In this document: positions 51,205 to 57,846 of the stretch, piece by piece
How positions within the stretch are numbered: the first letter of the stretch is position 1
Layout of the letters: the number at the start of each line of letters is the position of its first letter
Origin: Octopus bimaculoides
Lineage: Eukaryota
NCBI RefSeq assembly: GCF_001194135.2
Contig: NC_068983.1
Span: 82,556,350-82,614,195 of the forward strand
Reading direction: 5' to 3'
DNA length: 57,846 nt
The notes under the pieces: generated by a model
Seen by the model: only the letters and a program-made list of their open reading frames with translations
Databases searched by the model: none
Told to the model about the DNA's origin: nothing
Program-made: the position numbers and the translations under genes

Positions 51205-52411
51205 CATGATAGATAGATAGATAGATAGATACAGAGAGAGAGAGAGAGGAGGAGGGAGGAAGGGAGAGAGGGAGGGAGGGAGGGAGAGAACATNNNNNNN
51301 NNNNNNNNNNNNNNNNNNNNNNNNNNNNNNNNNNNNNNNNNNNNNNNNNNNNNNNNNNNNNNNNNNNNNNNNNNNNNNNNNNNNNNNNNNNNNNNNNNNN
51401 NNNNNNNNNNNNNNNNNNNNNNNNNNNNNNNNNNNNNNNNNNNNNNNNNNNNNNNNNNNNNNNNNNNNNNNNNNNNNNNNNNNNNNNNNNNNNNNNNNNN
51501 NNNNNNNNNNNNNNNNNNNNNNNNNNNNNNNNNNNNNNNNNNNNNNNNNNNNNNNNNNNNNNNNNNNNNNNNNNNNNNNNNNNNNNNNNNNNNNNNNNNN
51601 NNNNNNNNNNNNNNNNNNNNNNNNNNNNNNNNNNNNNNNNNNNNNNNNNNNNNNNNNNNNNNNNCAGCGTTACACAACAGCATCACCCACCACCACCACC
51701 ACCACCACAACTATCGCCACCACAACCACCGCCACAAACACTGCCACCACAACCGCCGCCACCACAACCACCATTTTTCACCATCACCACCACCACCTCC
51801 AACAACACCAATAACACCACCACCATCACCACCACCACCATCAATACTACCACTAACACAACCACCGCCACTATCGTTACCACCACCACTACCAAACTAC
51901 TACAGATACTATTAACATTAAGGGAACCTCTACGCGGCCGCTAAAACTGCTGGAAATAGCAGACAAATCTCCCTAAAATCACATCCTTCCATATTGAAAA
52001 AAAGATGTCCATTGGTATTCTTTATTTTTATATGCCACAAAAGGTGGAATAATCATGTCTTAGACGTGTTTGATCATGCAACTCCTTGATCAGGACTGAG
52101 CTGGAGCTAAAAAAACAGCAGCAACAACAACAACAAGACCATCATTACTGCCGTTAGAACTATCACAACAGCCATCACCAATACGATCGTTATTGTTACC
52201 AACATCAACACGAGCGTCTTTATCACCGCATTCTCCGTCGCCACCATCACAAGTATTGCGGCCACAGCCACCATCATCTCCATACAAATTACAACGACCA
52301 TCACCACCACCGCCATCACCATTCTTCATGCTACCACACACCAATATCAACCTCCAAATGCAAACAATGTTACACACTGCTAACAACCCCAAACTGCCCT
52401 CTGAAGTACAC

Positions 52412-52455
<44 letters not shown>

Positions 52456-53155
52456 TTATCTACCTTGTTTACCATTTTGTCCATGTTCTTTTGCCACGTC
52501 ATGTACCCAGTTATGTATCTATATGTACATGTGGATGAAGGTATATACATACATGTACATATATATGCAATATATATANNNNNNNNNNNNNNNNNNNNNN
52601 NNNNNNNNNNNNNNNNNNNNNNNNNNNNNNNNNNNNNNNNNNNNNNNNNNNNNNNNNNNNNNNNNNNNNNNNNNNNNNNNNNNNNNNNNNNNNNNNNNNN
52701 NNNNNNNNNNNNNNNNNNNNNNNNNNNNNNNNNNNNNNNNNNNNNNNNNNNNNNNNNNNNNNNNNNNNNNNNNNNNNNNNNNNNNNNNNNNNNNNNNNNN
52801 NNNNNNNNNNNNNNNNNNNNNNNNNNNNNNNNNNNNNNNNNNNNNNNNNNNNNNNNNNNNNNNNNNNNNNNNNTGTAAGCCTAGTACTTATCCTATCTGT
52901 CTCTTTTTGCCGAACCGCTAAGTTACGGGGGAAAAGAGTATTCGACCACGATATTCTAATTCATTTATAAGTTTCGGTCATTACATTTCGTCCACGCTTT
53001 CCAATATTATTTGTAGTTCATATCGACCCTAACACTTATTTCGATACGATACATACTCTATCGAACATATTTGTCGAACCGTTAAGTTGCAGGTCGAAAA
53101 AGAACGCACACCACAGTCTATTTTCCTTCTCTTCCGTCCTCATTACTTTCTTTTT

Positions 53156-53234
<79 letters not shown>

Positions 53235-54401
53235 GTCTGTCTGTCTATACAATCATTTTGCTGCACGTTCTATCAGTCTGTCTTCATGTCTGTCTGTCTA
53301 TTTCAATATGCGTGTGTATGTGTTAACATCTTTCCTTCTCTCTTGTTCCCTATTCCACGATCTCTCCCATTTCTTATACATTCATTTCAATCATTCTATA
53401 GTTTTCTTTATGAGTTCATATATACGTTTTTTATGCAAAGTCTCTGTATAAGTGAGTCTCTAATATGTCTGTATCATTTTTTCCCTGATATTTCTCCCTT
53501 TTCCTTCTCACTACTTACAATCTTTCTCTCTCTATCTCCTGCTCCTTTTCTCCCTCTCTCTTTATTTCATCCCTCTTCGCCTAGTTTCTTCCTTTATATC
53601 ACCATAATCATCCCATTTCTACCCGTTGTCCAACTTTCGTTTCACCCTTCACCATCACTTTTATTTCATGCTATCTGTTATTTTTGTTTAATCTTTTTTC
53701 TTCTTTTGTATGTAACATTTTTTTTATCTTCTGTTTCCAGCATTAGAGCTATCTGATCTTTACTGAACCATCTCCTCTATCACACTTTGTCTGCATATTT
53801 ACCCTCTCTACAAACACAACTAACACTTCTACCCACCAGCTCCTTACACATAATTCCACATTCAATCCCTCCACCTCCCGTCATACGCATATTACTATCT
53901 CTTTCTCTCATCTCCTTCTGTTCAGCCATTGCCGCTATCTCCGCGTGCCTCCCCTTCCTTCCTTCCTCCTACTGCACATCAACACCCTCTCATTACCTAC
54001 TGTCTACTATCTCCAGCCCGTCCCTTTTTCGCAATTCTTATTGTCTGTGTTATATTTTGCTTCCTTCTCTTCTGTCTAAATATGTGTGCCAATACCCGGA
54101 AGACCAAGCAGACTTTGACCTCTCTGGAGATCTTGGCTTCTTGAATTGTCTCTTACTGTCTTCCTCTTTCTGTCTGTCTCTCTTATTTTCTCTCTTTCTC
54201 TTTCTCTCTCACTCGCTCTGTTTTATACATACACGCGCGCGCACCTTCACACGTTTGCTCATACATACTCAAGCGCACACAGTACCCACCTAAAAGTATG
54301 TCTGCATTTATACACTGGCACGTTTCGCACACAGACGAACATACACATACGCACGCAAACATACATGTACATACTCACACATAAATATGTACTGTTTTGT
54401 T

Positions 54402-54517
<116 letters not shown>

Positions 54518-54938
54518 TTATGTTATTATATGATTGAACGCCACGCATCCATTTCCAAGTAAATTTATCTTAATAATTTTGATGCGACTCTACCCTGTAC
54601 TGTTCTCTCTCTCTCCCTTTCGTTTCATCTCTCTTCCTTTCTCTAATTCTTTTTCTCTTCTTCTCCCCTTTCGTTTTTTTCTCTCTCATCCTTTCTCTAA
54701 TTCTTTTTCTACCCTACACAGTTTTCTATCTGTCTTTCTCTCTCTTTCTCTCTCTCTCTCTCTCCCTCTTCCTCCTTTACTATCGTTCGTTGCTCACGCG
54801 TGACCATCGTCCATCTTTCTTTTCGTCACGTGATCATCTTTCTTTTTCTTCAGTCTGTCGCACAGACCAGACGCATTCTTATTCGTCTCCTGTCTTATCT
54901 TTTCTCTTGTCAAAGAATGTTCTTCCAGCGTTCGCTCT

Positions 54939-55560
54939 TGATATGACTGTAAGTATGCGTGCGTTTATATATATATATTCTCTTTTACCCTTTTATTTGT
55001 TTCTGTCATTTAACTGCGGCCATGCTGGAGAACCGCCTTTAAGTCCAGAACTTATTCTGTCGGTTCTTTTTACCGAACCGCTAAGTTACAGGAACGTAGA
55101 CACACCGACATCAGTTCTCAAGTATATGTATATATATATATATATGGGAGAATATACGAAAAAACAACAACAGACGAGGACAGGTGGTGTAAATAACAAA
55201 AGGATGTATTAGTATGACGCTCGGGAATACGGAAAGTCTTTGACGTTTCGAGCTACGCTCTTCAACAGAAAGAATACGGAGACAAGGAGAAAAACACGGA
55301 GAAAAAAAAATTGAATAGTGTCCAGTCAACGGTCAATCATAATAATGGCTGATATGACTGTAAGTATGCGTGCGTGTATATATATATTCTCTTTTACCCT
55401 TTTATTTGTTTCTGTCATTTAACTGCGGCCATGCTGGAGAACCGCCTTTAAGTCCAGAACTTATTCTGTCGGTTCTTTTTACCGAACCGCTAAGTTACAG
55501 GAACGTAGACACACCGACATCAGTTCTCAAGTATATGTATATATATATATATATGGGAGA
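54939..55560. repeat. About 210-bp direct duplication (54939-55150 / 55350-55560), period 411 bp, ending at a gap
   Basis: Copies are identical apart from the TA tract. The unit contains a SINE A tail fragment. Confidence 0.85.
55236..55273 (-). ncRNA. Minimal hammerhead-like motif (A6U plus extra A) in a pLTR-like fragment spanning about 55146-55349
   Basis: Reverse complement TCTTT-CTGTTGA-A-GAGC GTA GCTC-GAAA-CG-TC-AAAGA. Perfect 5-bp stem I, 4-bp stem II, palindromic ACGU stem III, GUC triplet. Confidence 0.6.
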
Positions 55561-55895
55561 NNNNNNNNNNNNNNNNNNNNNNNNNNNNNNNNNNNNNNNN
55601 NNNNNNNNNNNNNNNNNNNNNNNNNNNNNNNNNNNNNNNNNNNNNNNNNNNNNNNNNNNNNNNNNNNNNNNNNNNNNNNNNNNNNNNNNNATATATATAT
55701 AAGCAAAAATGCTAGTTCTAAAATCTCTCTAAGAGATCAACACAGTAGTTGTACTAACAAGTAATGTTTGTAGCCACTTCAACATGGCTGTCCGTTTGAA
55801 CGAACTTCACTGCGAACTTCACTAGCTTGTTAACGATGCGCATCCGAGATACTGCGAGCAAGGGGGAGAAACTCTACTACCTTCTAGTGATGGGA

Positions 55896-55945
55896 CCAGC
55901 AGACCAGCCTGATTTCGGGCTATTTCTGCCTCTCTTCAGTACCGG
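55896..55945 (-). ncRNA. Type I hammerhead ribozyme motif with fully canonical core and GUC triplet
   Basis: Reverse complement CCGGTA-CTGAAGA-GAGGC AGAAATA GCCC-GAAA-TCAG G CTGG-TC-TGCTGG. All core positions are conserved. Predicted cleavage between 55902 and 55901. Confidence 0.78.
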
Positions 55946-56152
55946 ACACCAGTAACTCGCTTCTACTCGCAATATATATCATTTCAAGCGACATACAGTC
56001 GCTGATTTTGCAATAAGCAAAAGTGCGTTGTTCTCTTAAAAATATTTTAGAACTAGCATTTTTGTTTGTTGCAAAATGAGCGACTGTATGTCGCTTGAAA
56101 TGATATATATTGTGAGCAGAGGCAAGCCACTGCAATCTCTAGCAGACGGTGT

Positions 56153-56202
56153 CCAGTACCTAAGAGGGGCACAAATAGCCCGAAACCAGGCTGGGCTGCT
56201 GG
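56153..56202 (+). ncRNA. Degenerate mirror hammerhead copy
   Basis: CCAGTA-CCTAAGA-GGGGC..GCCC-GAAA-CCAGGCTGG-GC-TGCTGG. Stems intact, core (U4C, G5U) and U16.1 mutated. Confidence 0.6.
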
Positions 56203-57200
56203 TCCCGTCGCTAGAAGGTGATATATTTGCATACAAGCAGATGCATACATACATTTTAATGGTTTGGTTAGACGAAGTAGAAGAGTTTGCATGATTCTTT
56301 TTAAGCTGACACTGTTGGAAGGAAGGGAAAGTTAATTTCGGACTGCAGCTTTCTGAAAACCGTGACAAAGCTGAGTCTACTGAAGGTATTCAATGATCAG
56401 GTGGGCTACCATAATTTTTTACATTGTCGAAGCTCTGGTCGAGCAATGGCTTTGAGAGAAGTCACATACTCATTGTACCACTCAGCAGAGTCCCTTGGCT
56501 ACAAAACAAACTTCTCATCAGTTTTCTATGGTAATGCCCGCAATAGTTAATTGAATCTTGCCCGTTTTAAAGCTAACATGTAATTTTAAAATATTTTGTC
56601 GTAATGACTCCTTAATAATCTTAAATTTCCTCAAATCTGTTACACTGCCGTTTAGTCCTCGGGCGAATCTGATCAAGCATACATAAGCTTAACTTGCTAT
56701 TAATCTACCTATCTCGCTTTCTCTGTGTGTATGTGTGTCTCGTATATATATATATATATATATATATATNNNNNNNNNNNNNNNNNNNNNNNNNNNNNNN
56801 NNNNNNNNNNNNNNNNNNNNNNNNNNNNNNNNNNNNNNNNNNNNNNNNNNNNNNNNNNNNNNNNNNNNNNNNNNNNNNNNNNNNNNNNNNNNNNNNNNNN
56901 NNNNNNNNNNNNNNNNNNNNNNNNNNNNNNNNNNNNNNNNNNNNNNNNNNNNNNNNNNNNNNNNNNNNNNNNNNNNNNNNNNNNNNNNNNNNNNNNNNNN
57001 NNNNNNNNNNNNNNNNNNNNNNNNNNNNNNNNNNNNNNNNNNNNNNNNNNNNNNNNNNNNNNNNNNNNNNNNNNNNNNNNNNNNNNNNNNNNNNNNNNNN
57101 NNNNNNNNNNNNNNNNNNNNNNNNNNNNNNNNNNNNNNNNNNNNNNNNNNNNNNNNNNNNNNNNNNNNNNNNNNNNNNNNNNNNNNNNNNNNNCACACAC

Positions 57201-57232
<32 letters not shown>

Positions 57233-57269
57233 GTGTGTGTGTGTGTATGTGTGTGTGTATGTGTGTATG

Positions 57270-57299
<30 letters not shown>

Positions 57300-57300
<1 letters not shown>

Positions 57301-57455
57301 GACTTTTTTCAGTTTTCGTCAACCAAACCTACTCACATAGCTTTGGTCAGCTGAAGGGCATGGTAGAAGACACTTGCCCAATGTGCCACGCAGTGGGACT
57401 GAACCCAGATACATGTGGTTGGGAAGCAAACTCCTTAGCACAGAGCTGCGTCCGC
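57300..57455 (-). mobile_element. SINE family A head fragment
   Basis: GACACTTGCCCAATGTGCCACGCAGTGGGACTGAACCC block shared with 50325-50365. Confidence 0.8.
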
Positions 57456-57549
57456 ACATGTATATATATACATATGCATATACATACCCCCCGCCACATA
57501 TATATATACATATATGCATATATACATATATATGTACACATATATATAC

Positions 57550-57594
<45 letters not shown>

Positions 57595-57846
57595 AGTAAA
57601 AATAAATACAAAAAAGGTGGTTTTTTTGTATGATTGTGTATAGAGGAATATATATATATATTTTTTTTAAAGAGTTCCAACACTGTCTGTTTTTTATGTT
57701 TTATTTATATTCCTGCAGAACCAATGTGGGGTATAGAATATGGAATATACAATATATAATATAAAAATGGATGGCACCATGAAAGAAAGTATTGAATGTA
57801 GATGAAATATTGAGTGTTCAATATAAATGATCAAATATATAAATAT

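Larger units (their letters stand above)
55880..56218. repeat. About 340-bp imperfect palindrome
   Basis: CCTTCTAGTGATGGGACCAGCAG..CAAGCGACATACAGTCGCTGATTTTGCAA mirrored by TTGCAAAATGAGCGACTGTATGTCGCTTG..CTGCTGGTCCCGTCGCTAGAAGG. Confidence 0.93.

Noticed and set aside
56450-56525. CTGATGA on the minus strand with GAGAAGT/ACTTCTC pairing
   Set aside because: The required GAAA is absent after the helix.
56300-56550. About 80-codon open frame after the palindrome
   Set aside because: No recognisable domain and no matched splice sites. Length is within chance expectation.

Overview
This is AT-rich, microsatellite-saturated eukaryotic genomic DNA with 12 N-gaps, mostly flanked by (TA)n/(CA)n. 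The repeat content resembles octopus (coleoid cephalopod) genomes as I recall them; I cannot verify the species. No intact multi-exon host gene can be assembled, only a few splice-flanked exon candidates. Almost all ORF-track entries are microsatellite or gap artefacts. Recognisable content: a 5'-truncated Penelope-like retroelement (RT end plus GIY-YIG), four decayed R4/Dong-type non-LTR fragments, a CR1/L2-group LINE 3' end, two mariner remnants, three mariner-type MITEs, and many copies of about four tRNA-derived SINE families. The most interesting signal is non-coding. There are six sequence-unrelated type I hammerhead-ribozyme-like loci (8.9, 11.9, 20.1, 41.8, 55.2 and 55.9/56.2 kb). Three sit in inverted repeats that place one hammerhead on each strand, and one is fused behind a tRNA-derived Pol III head at the end of the Penelope element. 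Hammerheads in Penelope pseudo-LTRs are known, so any novelty lies in the density, the palindromic two-strand layout and the tRNA-head fusion. All folds were paired by eye; none was computed or tested.
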